Virus record (IMG/VR): IMGVR_UViG_2687453454_000002
Source of the DNA: a virus
Taxonomy: Duplodnaviria > Heunggongvirae > Uroviricota > Caudoviricetes
Length of the DNA stretch: 51,775 bases
Reading direction: 5' to 3' (one strand)
The position numbers and the translations under genes were made by a program. Within the stretch, counting starts at the first letter, position 1. Each line of letters starts with the position of its first letter. Of the stretch, positions 1 to 8,855 are shown one piece after another. Below the pieces are notes generated by a model. It saw nothing but the letters and a program-made list of their open reading frames with translations, did no database searches and was not told where the DNA came from.

Positions 1-19
1 CTATTTGATAAATATTAAA

Positions 20-1315
20 TTAATTTTTCATTGCTTCGTTATGGGGCATGGTTGGGGCAAACTCGCTTAACTGTGTATTTAACAAAGCTACCTGTGCATT
101 ATTGTTTTCAGACATCCATTTTCCGTATACCTGAAATACCATTTGCGCATCTGCATGGCCCATCTGGTTTGCTATAAATGCCGGGTTAGCACCAGCTGTC
201 AGCGACCAGCAGGCATAAGTATGTCTCGACTGATATGATTTTCGATGGCGGAGTCCGGCACGTTTTATCGCTGCGTCCCACATCTGCCTTATTGAGTCAA
301 CGGTAAAATGGTCACCATAATTTTTTACTCTCGCTGACACTTCAGGTTGAAAAACAAAGGTGCATTTTTGTTTTTCTGTTCTGCCATACTCTCTGAGGTG
401 AACATCAATGATATGCTCTTTGCTCAGTCTCGTTAATGTCATCTGACTCCGGAGAGCGTCGATTGCTGGCTTAATAAGATGAATGACCCGATTGGTTCCC
501 GCCTGTGTTTTTGGTACCGTGAAACGGTCTTTTGCTAAATTTCTCCTGATCATCATTGTTCCATTTTTCAGATCTATGTCCTCCCATCCAAGTGCACACA
601 GCTCACCAGGGCGAACTCCAGTATAAACAGAAACACACCATAAATTTTTTGCTTGCTGATTTCTGCACGCATCGATAAGACGGATAAATTCTTCCCGCGA
701 AAGAGGATCCGGAATGGTTCTTGATTCCTTTAATGGCGAGATCCCCTTAAACGGATTATCTGCCAGGTAACCGTTATCAACACCAAACTGGAACACGGCG
801 TTAAGATTTGTCATGTAATTATTTACAGTTACAGCCGATCTCCCTGGTTGTGTAACAATATAGTTACTTTTGGGGATCTGGTATCCAGTCAGTAACTCTT
901 TACGAACCTCCAGTAATTTTTCTTTATTAATCGATGAGGCAAGATTTTTTTCACCGATTATGCTCAGGATATTTTTGATGACGGCACGGTATGTGTTGAG
1001 TGATGTTTTGGCGACTTCAGTTTCTTTCAGTGCCAGAAATTTTTCAGCCAGTTCTTTTATGGTTAAATCTTGTCGGGCCTCACCAAATTTTTCCAGATTG
1101 CGTGAGGAGGGAAACTGTTTTGCATAGTCGAAAACACCAGTTTTTATTGCGTAACAAACAGAGGAGCGTAGTTCACCTGCAACGCGCCTGTTTTTTGCTG
1201 TGTCAGGAACCCCCAGATTTTCCCTGACTCTTACGTCTTTATAAACAAACCAGATACGTAATTTCCCTCCATGGTTTTCCACGCCTGTCGGATATTTCAT
1301 TTCAACTTCTCTCAT
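20..1315 (-). CDS. int: Phage integrase, tyrosine recombinase family
   Basis: 431-aa ORF; C-terminal R..HxxR..Y catalytic signature (RHTYACW ... VYGKW); sits at the prophage end next to an excisionase-like gene. The true start may be the internal Met (MKYPTG). Confidence 0.85.
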   Translation of the reverse strand: MREVEMKYPTGVENHGGKLRIWFVYKDVRVRENLGVPDTAKNRRVAGELRSSVCYAIKTGVFDYAKQFPSSRNLEKFGEARQDLTIKELAEKFLALKETEVAKTSLNTYRAVIKNILSIIGEKNLASSINKEKLLEVRKELLTGYQIPKSNYIVTQPGRSAVTVNNYMTNLNAVFQFGVDNGYLADNPFKGISPLKESRTIPDPLSREEFIRLIDACRNQQAKNLWCVSVYTGVRPGELCALGWEDIDLKNGTMMIRRNLAKDRFTVPKTQAGTNRVIHLIKPAIDALRSQMTLTRLSKEHIIDVHLREYGRTEKQKCTFVFQPEVSARVKNYGDHFTVDSIRQMWDAAIKRAGLRHRKSYQSRHTYACWSLTAGANPAFIANQMGHADAQMVFQVYGKWMSENNNAQVALLNTQLSEFAPTMPHNEAMKN

Positions 1316-1334
1316 TAGTTAGTGTGGCTTTTAG

Positions 1335-1586
1335 TCAAGTAAGATGACGTCTTGGTCTCGCTGATGCCTGGCGCTCAATCCAGCGATCAATTTCTTCCAG
1401 GTTGTAAAAGCATGGACTGTTATCCCATGGCATACCGTCATGAGCGACATGCTTATATTCCCTTCCTTCCATAAACGATTTTTCCCGGGCCTTTTTTAAC
1501 GTACCTTTTTTTATTCCTTTCAGCGCAATTAACTGCTCTTCGGATACCCATTTGCCGGGAGAGACAATCATGATTACTTCGCTCAT
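1335..1586 (-). CDS. xis: Excisionase-like small DNA-binding protein
   Basis: 83-aa ORF immediately upstream of int on the same strand; identity assigned from position and size, not motif. Confidence 0.6.
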   Translation of the reverse strand: MSEVIMIVSPGKWVSEEQLIALKGIKKGTLKKAREKSFMEGREYKHVAHDGMPWDNSPCFYNLEEIDRWIERQASARPRRHLT

Positions 1587-1658
1587 CGATTTCTTTATCT
1601 CTTACATCAGACGAGCGCCGGTTGCAGAATACCAGTCACAACCGGCGACAGTTGAACA

Positions 1659-2738
1659 TTAAGAATCAGCCTGACTCGGGATCAGTTTTTGCCAGATAAC
1701 TGAAACGTATTTTGCCTGGTAACGGGCGTCATCAAGTGCATTATGGCGCTCACCTTCGAATGGAATAGCCGTTCTGGCATCGAAGTCTATGGCTTTCCCC
1801 AGCTCAACGATTGTGCGTACATCGCGATCGTTGTAGTAACGCCACGGGCAGGGGATCCCCTGCCGTTCGTATGAACGGCGCAAAATCGTGTTGTCGAAGT
1901 TGGCTCCATTTCCCCAAACCTGAACAAAAAATTCACCGGAGTTTTCGTCGATAAATTCTCGCAATTGTAACAGTGCATCATCTAACGGGATTTCATCGGT
2001 CATAATGGCAGATTGCGCTTCGCGTGATTGCTTAAGCCACCATTTAATGGTGTCCCGATCAATGACTCCGCCAGCAGTTTCCAGATCGATAGTCTTACTA
2101 AATTCCGGTCCCATATCTCCGGTTTGCGGATCGAAAAATATTGCACCTATTGAGATGATCGGGGCATCAGGATTTTTTCCCATGGTTTCAAGGTCGATCA
2201 TTAGATGGTCACACGTCCTGCTGGTGGATGTGATTTCGTGATGACCGTTCACCTTAATTGGGTGATCTGCCGTCTCGCCAGTTTCATTATCGCTATTGTG
2301 ATGCTGATTGCCGCCAGTGTTCTCCTTGTGTGGATGTTCAGCGCCTTCCATTTCCTCCGGATCATCTTCCTGAACTTCAACCTGATACTCTTCATCGAAT
2401 GTTTCTTGGTATGTTGCGTCGCCCATCACCGCGCCACAATCAGGGCAGTTGCCGCCGCCGGTCTGACCGCAGGCGGTGCAGACTTTTTCCACTTCCTGTT
2501 GCGCTACTGGTTCAGGCTGTTTCGTTTCTGGCTCGTTTTGTAACGCATTTGGACTGTTTTGTTCCGCTTTTTGGTAGTTCCGTTCCGATTCATGCTGGTT
2601 CTGGTTCACAGAATCGCGGGTCTGGAGCCCCTTAACCCATTTCGGATCATTCGGGTCACTAATCCCTTCAACAAATTCACCACGTGATGCAGCAAGCAAC
2701 TTATCGGCGTCAGGCTGGCTGATATTGGCTGCCTGCAT
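1659..2738 (-). CDS. DnaQ-like (DEDDh) 3'-5' exonuclease with N-terminal Zn-ribbon and acidic linker
   Basis: C-terminal half carries Exo I (LMIDLETMG), Exo II ([11 protein letters not shown]) and Exo III (HNALDDARY) motifs; N-terminal CTACG..CPDCG ribbon followed by an acidic low-complexity stretch. Confidence 0.7.
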   Translation of the reverse strand: MQAANISQPDADKLLAASRGEFVEGISDPNDPKWVKGLQTRDSVNQNQHESERNYQKAEQNSPNALQNEPETKQPEPVAQQEVEKVCTACGQTGGGNCPDCGAVMGDATYQETFDEEYQVEVQEDDPEEMEGAEHPHKENTGGNQHHNSDNETGETADHPIKVNGHHEITSTSRTCDHLMIDLETMGKNPDAPIISIGAIFFDPQTGDMGPEFSKTIDLETAGGVIDRDTIKWWLKQSREAQSAIMTDEIPLDDALLQLREFIDENSGEFFVQVWGNGANFDNTILRRSYERQGIPCPWRYYNDRDVRTIVELGKAIDFDARTAIPFEGERHNALDDARYQAKYVSVIWQKLIPSQADS

Positions 2739-2987
2739 AATTTTGTTTACTTCGTCAGCGGTAACTTTTATCGGCTCTGGTTGTTCTGAATCTTCAGCGG
2801 TATCTACATTTTGCGGTAAGCCCGTGTATGTGCCATTTTTTCGGGCAAAATATTCTTCTTTTGTGATTTCAGTGGCGCCAGCAGCCAGTGCCTTATCCAG
2901 ACCAGAGAGTTTGTTTGCGCGACCGTATTTTTCTCCGTCCTTATCTGCGAAGAGGAAATAGAACGGCCCCTCACGCTCTACAGATGG

Positions 2988-4130
2988 TTAAGCTTCCGGC
3001 GCGGTTTCATTTTTTGGGATATCAGATACCTCAGTTTCCACTGCATCAGTTTGTGTTTCTGATGACTGGAGAACATCAACAGTGCCCAGGTCTGTTTCTT
3101 CATTCTCAAACACGCCCTTTGTCGTCAGGTATTCGCAGATATATTTGTTCAGTGCTACGGGATCTTTGTGAATGTCGATCGGACGCTCACGGACAAGGCC
3201 AAAAATAGTTTGGCGGTCGTAGCGAAGGGCATCAGGCTGTTTGCGCATTGATGCCGAGATACGCTTCCAGTCTTCGCGGTCGTTGTCGATAACTTCTTTT
3301 TTTGCCCAGCGATGGATGCTGCCGTCAATGTTTCCGGCATCCACATCACTAGGCCAGAGAGCGTAGGCCAGTTCGTCATCCAGTGTTTTCCATGTCTGCT
3401 TGTATTCGCGATGAATGGCAGCAATGACCGGGCTGATTTTTCCTGTTGAATTTTCAGTGTACTGTTGATTGGCTCTGGCGCGGGCGAGATCAACAACAGA
3501 CGTGTATTTTCCGGTTTCCTTGCGTTCACCTTCGCGACGTTTTTTCCAGATGCGCATCTCTGCCTGAATTTCGGGCCATTTAGCACCAGGAATACATTTA
3601 TGCTTAACCCACCCAATGGCGTGCAACTTAAGCTCCGGATACATGGCGTTAACTTCTGGCATTTTCATCAACGCTTCAACGATATGTCCGTCGAATGTTG
3701 CCATGTCTTCCTGCAACAATTCCTGTGCGCTAATAACCATATCAACGGTGATGTTTTCACATGTGTCGAACTTAACCATGACAGCGTTCTGTACTTCAGG
3801 GGCCAGCTTGTCAAAAGTGACGTTCATCGGATCGGATTCAGTCTCAACCGGGACAAAAGAAGCAGACTCCTCATCCCAGCGGTTTTCCTGCATATATTCA
3901 GCATCCCATGAATCGAGGGCAGGGCGGGGTATGCCAGGTTTATCCTCGCAGACAATAAATTTATAAGCGCAGTCCTGAGCAGCCGGATAATGTTCCAGGA
4001 ATTGCCAGTGAAATTTTGCTCGAGCACGGCGTTCGTCGCCAGCTTCAATGGCTGTGGCTACAGCCACAGCGCCTTCTTCCCTTGTTGCCAGTTCGTCAGG
4101 AATAGCGGCGCAAATAAAGACTTTACTCAT
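2988..4130 (-). CDS. ydfE: YdfE-like early-region protein of unknown function (full length)
   Basis: ORF-track entry 2988..4166 begins with TTG; the ATG at 4130 has a GAGG Shine-Dalgarno about 10 nt upstream. Position matches ydfE downstream of ydfD in Qin (recalled gene order). Confidence 0.6.
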   Translation of the reverse strand: MSKVFICAAIPDELATREEGAVAVATAIEAGDERRARAKFHWQFLEHYPAAQDCAYKFIVCEDKPGIPRPALDSWDAEYMQENRWDEESASFVPVETESDPMNVTFDKLAPEVQNAVMVKFDTCENITVDMVISAQELLQEDMATFDGHIVEALMKMPEVNAMYPELKLHAIGWVKHKCIPGAKWPEIQAEMRIWKKRREGERKETGKYTSVVDLARARANQQYTENSTGKISPVIAAIHREYKQTWKTLDDELAYALWPSDVDAGNIDGSIHRWAKKEVIDNDREDWKRISASMRKQPDALRYDRQTIFGLVRERPIDIHKDPVALNKYICEYLTTKGVFENEETDLGTVDVLQSSETQTDAVETEVSDIPKNETAPEA

Positions 4131-4222
4131 TTGTTTTAACCTCATGACAGATTTAAGGATGAACAAATCCCTGCCATTGCTGGCATATAAGAATGAAACC
4201 GGATATTTATTACGGAACTGTT

Positions 4223-4414
4223 TTAAAGACCTGCCGGGATTTCGATATTATCCTGGTGAATAACTTTATCGACCGGGTAACAGTTACCGGGAATTTTCTG
4301 TTCGGTTGCTGCAGTCATACACTCCTGCATTGTCCTGTGAACACTGACTGCAATATCAACTGGCTCTCCGGAAACAAGAAAAACTGTCAGAACAAGCACA
4401 AATGCTGAATTCAT
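4223..4414 (-). CDS. ydfD: YdfD (63 aa), small membrane/lysis-associated protein
   Basis: Internal Met of ORF 4223..4468 gives MNSAFVLVLTVFLVSGEP..., matching K-12 YdfD from memory; ATGA overlap with the dicB stop. Confidence 0.8.
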   Translation of the reverse strand: MNSAFVLVLTVFLVSGEPVDIAVSVHRTMQECMTAATEQKIPGNCYPVDKVIHQDNIEIPAGL

Positions 4415-4599
4415 TGTGCACATCCTTTTGGCATCAGACGTAAACGAGCCAGCATTGAAACAATGCATATTTTATTTAATAGCTCCCGTTCTTGTTTTCT
4501 CTTGTTAATGGCATCTTCAGTAAATACTGGGTTACTGATAGTGACACCAATTTCAAAACAACCTTCAGACGTATTAACGTTTGGTAATAACGTTTTCAT
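4411..4599 (-). CDS. dicB: DicB cell-division inhibitor (62 aa)
   Basis: 62-aa ORF MKTLLPNVNTSEGCFEIGVTISNPVF... matches K-12 DicB as recalled. Confidence 0.9.
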   Translation of the reverse strand: MKTLLPNVNTSEGCFEIGVTISNPVFTEDAINKRKQERELLNKICIVSMLARLRLMPKGCAQ

Positions 4600-4768
4600 T
4601 ATCGCGTCCTCAACAATGAATTTTGTGATGCAGTGCCTGGTGCCTCCAGGTGACGTTAACTAGTTAACAATTAACGCCGGATACAGAGAATCCACCCATA
4701 ACACTGTTTTTGGTTTTAACTGTTCCGCGTGCGCTCAGCCGCATTCACCACATCACAAAATTCACTTT

Positions 4769-4826
4769 AAAAAGGGCGGCAGAGCAGTCACGGAGTAAAA
4801 CTGATACCGCCAAACGTCACCAGAAA
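4769..4826 (-). ncRNA. dicF: DicF small RNA (ftsZ-targeting sRNA) with its intrinsic terminator
   Basis: Reverse complement reads TTTCTGGTGACGTTTGGCGGTATCAGTTTTACTCCGTGACTGCTCTGCCGCCCTTTTT, matching the DicF sequence from memory, including the GC-stem/T-tract end; lies between ydfC and dicB. Confidence 0.85.
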
Positions 4827-5166
4827 ATTGATAACAGAGGGCGTTGCAGCGGGGTTGTCACTTAAGCGTATGGTCAACCTGACAACCCGGTGTCCTCAAC
4901 GGGGAAGGAATAACCCCGCCATACTTACCGCCGCGCCATTTCGCGGGTTGCCACAACCGGAAGCGCACGGTCGACGAAAATTTAACGACAGGCTATCTAT
5001 GAACCAGCTACCTCGCCGTGCGCTTTCGCGTTATGGTCTGACTTTTCAGGGAAATATCCTTTCAGTAAACTGTCAGTTCCGGATGCGCACCCGTGTCCGG
5101 CGCACGCACTCCACCTCACCCGTGGAGAACTCCTTAATTACTAACCTTAGCTTTGTTGATTAGCTA

Positions 5167-5385
5167 CTAACGCGGGTATGTAATCATTCTGGCAATGCTT
5201 AATGCCGCTGCTTTTTCCAGATTGGTGATATCCTGCTCCAGAGCGGACAGATTTTCAGCCTGCTTAGCCCTGGCTTCATTAGCCCATTTCAGATCCTGCG
5301 CTGCATTAATTTTCTGGCGCATCCACTCATAAAGTTCATCATCGGTATAGTCTGGCGCGATGATGACGGGTTCTCGTTTCTGCAT
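5167..5385 (-). CDS. ydfC: YdfC (72 aa)
   Basis: 72-aa ORF MQKREPVIIAPDYTDDELYEWMRQKINAAQDLKWANEARAKQ... matches K-12 YdfC as recalled; position in the dicB operon. Confidence 0.8.
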   Translation of the reverse strand: MQKREPVIIAPDYTDDELYEWMRQKINAAQDLKWANEARAKQAENLSALEQDITNLEKAAALSIARMITYPR

Positions 5386-5414
5386 ACTGATTCCTCGCGG
5401 TGCTGTTTCGCTTA

Positions 5415-5543
5415 TCAGCCGTTAGATTTTGCCGAACTGGAAAGCGCCTGTTTAAACTCACTGAAGCTGAGAGCTTCTTCGCCTTCGGCAAGGCCTTCGA
5501 AGTATTCTTCGTAAGCCTTTTCCATGATTGTGTCGAAATCCAT
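5415..5543 (-). CDS. ydfB: YdfB (42 aa)
   Basis: Hand translation of the minus strand: MDFDTIMEKAYEEYFEGLAEGEEALSFSEFKQALSSSAKSNG*; GGTGAG-type Shine-Dalgarno upstream; below the ORF-track size cut-off. Confidence 0.75.
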   Translation of the reverse strand: MDFDTIMEKAYEEYFEGLAEGEEALSFSEFKQALSSSAKSNG

Positions 5544-5544
5544 A

Positions 5545-5700
5545 TCACTCACCTGAGTTTCTTTCCAGCCAGCGACGGGCACCATTTTCGGTTTTAAACG
5601 TTTTGCTTTTGGTATACGTCATTGCGGTGAACGTGCCGTCCTGGTTTGGAAACACGCCGTACACCAGAGATTCGTTGTTGCCAAGATCGATAGTATCCAT
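5545..5700 (-). CDS. ydfA: YdfA (51 aa)
   Basis: Internal Met of ORF 5545..5778 gives MDTIDLGNNESLVYGVFPNQDGTFTAMTYTKSKTFKTENGARRWLERNSGE; first gene of the dicB operon. Confidence 0.75.
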   Translation of the reverse strand: MDTIDLGNNESLVYGVFPNQDGTFTAMTYTKSKTFKTENGARRWLERNSGE

Positions 5701-5780
5701 GCTGACCTCATTTCCCCTTAACGCTGGGGTAGCGGAACTGTTTGCTGAGAACACCGTGCGGTGTGTTGATGCAAACAAGA

Positions 5781-5794
5781 TTAGCCATGACTAA
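5781..5794. promoter_or_regulatory. Putative DicA operator in the dicB-operon promoter region
   Basis: Imperfect palindrome TTAGCCATGACTAA related to the operator at 6324..6343; on the minus strand it sits between a TTGACC (-35-like) and TAATCT (-10-like) pair upstream of ydfA. Confidence 0.5.
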
Positions 5795-5866
5795 CATATC
5801 GGTCAAGTGATTTTGTATGCTATAGCTAACATAATTGATGTGGTAAAAGATAACTCATTGATGATG

Positions 5867-6274
5867 TTATCTTTTATTTGTCCGCTGACGGGCTTTTAGT
5901 AATTCTTCAAAGAGTTTATTGAAGTTTTTTACTCGAGCTCGCATTTCGGCGAGCTGGGTATCCTGTTCTGATTCTGGCAGTGCATTAAACAGCTCAAGGA
6001 GCTCTAGTTCTTTGGGGGATAAGGCAACTGGCTTCTCAACAGGTGGTGTTGGTTGCTTGTCTTCATCGCCAAATAGAATCCATGTTGGTGAGCATTGCAA
6101 TACTTTGCTGAGGGCAAAAAGGTTCTTCCCTGTAGGTTCACTATCACCCCGTTCCCATTGTGATACAGACACATGGGAGATTTTCAGGGCTTTAGCAAGA
6201 GACCTTTGGGTGTGTTTGAGGTTTTTCCGACGATACCTGATGCGTTCGCCGATAGTTAAATTTTTTGTTTCCAT
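5867..6274 (-). CDS. dicA: DicA repressor (HTH_XRE, 135 aa)
   Basis: 135-aa ORF METKNLTIGERIRYRRKNLKHTQRSLAKALKISHVSVSQWERG... matches K-12 DicA as recalled. Confidence 0.9.
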   Translation of the reverse strand: METKNLTIGERIRYRRKNLKHTQRSLAKALKISHVSVSQWERGDSEPTGKNLFALSKVLQCSPTWILFGDEDKQPTPPVEKPVALSPKELELLELFNALPESEQDTQLAEMRARVKNFNKLFEELLKARQRTNKR

Positions 6275-6323
6275 AGTTAGCTAATGCTAAATCGTATTGA
6301 CTATGTTTTTGTTAACATCTATC

Positions 6324-6343
6324 TTGTTAGTTATGACTAACAA
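6324..6343. promoter_or_regulatory. Putative DicA/DicC operator in the divergent dicA-dicC intergenic region
   Basis: 20-bp near-perfect inverted repeat TTGTTAGTTA/TGACTAACAA (9 of 10 positions paired), 15 bp upstream of the dicC start. Confidence 0.55.
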
Positions 6344-6357
6344 TAAAGGTGTTTTAA

Positions 6358-6588
6358 ATGCTTAAAACTGACGCTCTTTTGTATTTCGGTTCAAAAACAA
6401 AACTTGCACAAGCAGCAGGTATTCGTTTGGCTTCGCTTTATAGCTGGAAAGGGGATTTAGTTCCCGAAGGTCGCGCGATGCGTCTACAGGAGGCATCTGG
6501 CGGGGAGCTTCAGTATGATCCCAAAGTTTATGATGAATATCGTAAGACGAAGCGGGCGGGGCGGTTGAACAATGAAAATCACTCCTGA
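6358..6588 (+). CDS. dicC: DicC (Cro-like regulator, 76 aa)
   Basis: 76-aa ORF MLKTDALLYFGSKTKLAQAAGIRLASLYSWKGDL... matches K-12 DicC as recalled; divergent from dicA. Confidence 0.9.
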   Translation: MLKTDALLYFGSKTKLAQAAGIRLASLYSWKGDLVPEGRAMRLQEASGGELQYDPKVYDEYRKTKRAGRLNNENHS

Positions 6589-7093
6589 ACAGGCTCGTGA
6601 GGCTCTGGATGCCTGGATATGTCGACCAGGAATGACACAGGAGCAGGCGACGATATTAATCACTGAAGCATTCTGGGCTTTGAAAGAGCGCCCGAACATC
6701 GATGTTCAGCGTGTCACATATGAAGGTGGCGCGATTGATCAGCGAGCGCTTGGCGTTAATCGAGTGAAGATATTTGAACGCTGGAAGGCTATCGACACCA
6801 GGGATAAGCGTGAAAAGTTCACGGCGCTAGTGCCTGCAATTATGGAGGCTATCCGGATTAATGATTTCAGGTTGTATCGTGAAATTACTGACGGAAAAAG
6901 CATCACGTGCATGATCGCCGGGTTAAACAAAGAATATGGCGATGTGGTGGAGTCCGGACTGCTTTTTGCTGATCCTGCCGTAGTGGATCGTGAAACTGAC
7001 GAACTTATAGAAAAAGCAATTGCTTTCAAACTTGCGTATCGACAGCAATACCAACAAAAAGCTGGATGGAATTATGAGCCTTCTTTTTGCTGA
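6572..7093 (+). CDS. Hypothetical early-region protein (173 aa)
   Basis: ORF starting at the dicC stop overlap; no motif I can name. The corresponding position in K-12 Qin holds degraded ydfX/ydfW fragments (recalled). Confidence 0.5.
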   Translation: MKITPEQAREALDAWICRPGMTQEQATILITEAFWALKERPNIDVQRVTYEGGAIDQRALGVNRVKIFERWKAIDTRDKREKFTALVPAIMEAIRINDFRLYREITDGKSITCMIAGLNKEYGDVVESGLLFADPAVVDRETDELIEKAIAFKLAYRQQYQQKAGWNYEPSFC

Positions 7094-8039
7094 ACGTCCA
7101 CTGGTTATAAACACGCAGCTGGCAATGAAAATTGGCTTAAACGAAGCCATTGTTTTGCAACAACTGCACTACTGGTTGAGAGATACCAACTCCGGCATGG
7201 AATGTGATGGTGTTCGCTGGATTTATAACACAACGGAACAATGGCTGGAACAGTTCCCATTCTGGTCAGAGTCAACGTTAAAGCGCGCGTTTGCAAGTCT
7301 GAAAACGCTGGGGCTTTTGCGTTGTGAAAAGCTCAATAAATCAAAGCGCGATATGACCAATTTCTACACGATCAACTATGGGAGCGAGCTTTTAGATGGT
7401 GGCAAATTGAGCGAATCCATCGGTTCAAAATGCGCCGCTCCATCAGGTCAAAATGACACGATGGAAGAGGTCAAAATGAAACGCTCCATTGGTTCAAAAC
7501 GACCCAATGTCATCGGGTCAAAATGGCCTGATGATCTTACAGAGAATACAACAGAGATTACTACAGAGAATAAAAACACTTTTCGTCCGGAAGCTTCGCA
7601 ACCGGACCCGCAGACGACTGAACAGGATTTTTTAACCCGGAACTCCGACGCGGTTGTGTTTAGTGCGAAAAAACGCCAGTGGGGTAGCAGGGAGGATTTG
7701 GCGTGTGCGCAGTGGATCTGGGGGCGGATCGTGGGTCTCTACGAACAGGCAGCCAGTGATGATGGCGAGATCATGCGACCAAAAGAGCCTAACTGGACTG
7801 CCTGGGCCAATGACGTGCGCACAATGCGGATGCTGGATGGCAGAAGCCACAGACAAATTTGCGAAATGTTTGGTCGGGTTCAGCGAGATCCATTCTGGGT
7901 AAAAAACATCATGAGCCCGTCAAAGCTCCGCGAAAAATGGGACGAACTGGTCATCCGCCTGGGACGTTCACCTGTACAGCGTTGTGTTAATCATATTTCT
8001 GAACCGGATACAGAAATTCCGCCTGGTTTCAGAGGATAA
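7074..8039 (+). CDS. Putative phage replication-initiation / replisome-organiser protein (HTH N-terminal domain)
   Basis: N-terminus LVINTQLAMKIGLNEAIVLQQLHYWL... resembles phage replication-initiator HTH domains; an iteron array lies inside the gene as in lambda O. The ATG at 7074 is chosen over the overlapping ORF-track start at 7020. Confidence 0.5.
   Translation: MSLLFAERPLVINTQLAMKIGLNEAIVLQQLHYWLRDTNSGMECDGVRWIYNTTEQWLEQFPFWSESTLKRAFASLKTLGLLRCEKLNKSKRDMTNFYTINYGSELLDGGKLSESIGSKCAAPSGQNDTMEEVKMKRSIGSKRPNVIGSKWPDDLTENTTEITTENKNTFRPEASQPDPQTTEQDFLTRNSDAVVFSAKKRQWGSREDLACAQWIWGRIVGLYEQAASDDGEIMRPKEPNWTAWANDVRTMRMLDGRSHRQICEMFGRVQRDPFWVKNIMSPSKLREKWDELVIRLGRSPVQRCVNHISEPDTEIPPGFRG
7416..7525. 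repeat. Iteron array (candidate phage replication origin) inside the initiator-like gene
   Basis: Five copies of CATCGGTTCAAAATG-like 15-18-bp repeats at exact 23-bp spacing (7416, 7439, 7462 degenerate, 7485, 7508), followed by an A/T-rich ACAGAGA(A/T)TA-repeat stretch at 7540..7590. Confidence 0.65.
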
Positions 8040-8079
8040 GTGTTGATTTCAGGTCATGAGGTAATTTTAAGGGGGACTT

Positions 8080-8502
8080 GTGGCAAAAGTTTTTACACAA
8101 GAAGAGCGGGAAAAAATTAAATGGCAGGTGGTGGAACTCGTGCGCCAGAGCGGCCGTGAGACGTTACGGCAACTGGAAGCTAAAACAGGTGCGACTAGAT
8201 ATCTGATGAGCGTTCTTGCCAGAGAGCTGGTAGCCAGTGGCGATGTATACAACTCCGGCTACGGGTTATTCCCCTCTGAACAGGCGCGTAAGGACTGGCA
8301 AAACGCCCGCAAAAAACTCTCGAGGGCAAAGGTGAAGAAACCTGCTGTGGTTGATCCGGACCTTATCTGGTCATCACCTGACGGAGAAATACGTCGCTAC
8401 GACAGTCGCCTAAACATAATCTGTCGCGAGTGCCGGAAGAGCGAAGTTATGCAGCGCATACTGGCTTTCTATCAGGGTAATTTTCAGGACGTGGCGCAGT
8501 GA
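8080..8502 (+). CDS. Hypothetical protein (140 aa) with C-terminal CxxC pair
   Basis: ORF with start overlap to the following methyltransferase-like ORF; function unknown. Confidence 0.5.
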   Translation: MAKVFTQEEREKIKWQVVELVRQSGRETLRQLEAKTGATRYLMSVLARELVASGDVYNSGYGLFPSEQARKDWQNARKKLSRAKVKKPAVVDPDLIWSSPDGEIRRYDSRLNIICRECRKSEVMQRILAFYQGNFQDVAQ

Positions 8503-8855
8503 GTGCACCGGCAACCATTCTTGATATGTGCTGTGGCAGCCGCATGTTCTGGTTCGATAAGTCTGACGAACGGGCGATATTCAGCGATATCAGAAAAGAA
8601 GGATACACATTACGCAATGGGAGACGCTTGATTATCAGCCCTGACATTATCGCAGATTTTCGTGCATTATCATTTGCAGACGCATCTTTTTCGATGGTTG
8701 TATTAGACCCTCCGCATCTTGAGAGTGTTGGTGATAACGCCTGGATGGGAAAGAAATATGGACGGCTGAATAAAGATGCCTGGCGTGATGATTCGCGACA
8801 GAGATTTAAAGAAGCCTTTCGGGTGTTGAGGCCGCACGGCGTTCTGATTTTTTAA
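8499..8855 (+). pseudogene. DNA methyltransferase catalytic-domain fragment (motif I and DPPH motif IV), probably truncated
   Basis: GTG-start 118-aa ORF with LDMCCGS (SAM-binding motif I), VVLDPPH (motif IV) and RVLRPHGVLIF, but it ends with no target-recognition domain and no in-frame continuation downstream. Confidence 0.5.

Noticed and set aside
1-40. Similarity between the window's first bases (ATATTAAATTAATTTTTCATTGC) and the ydfK upstream region near 49720..49750 (ATATTATTGATTTTCATTGCG), considered as a possible att core
   Set aside because: Both are the reverse complement of gene starts or ends containing ATGAAAA-type codons (int C-terminus, ydfK N-terminus); the match is short and A/T-rich, and it is not at the ydfJ junction where attR must lie.
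7416-7525. Regularly spaced direct repeats considered as a CRISPR-like array
   Set aside because: Repeats are 15-18 bp at 23-bp spacing, lie inside a protein-coding gene and have no cas genes nearby; they fit replication-origin iterons.
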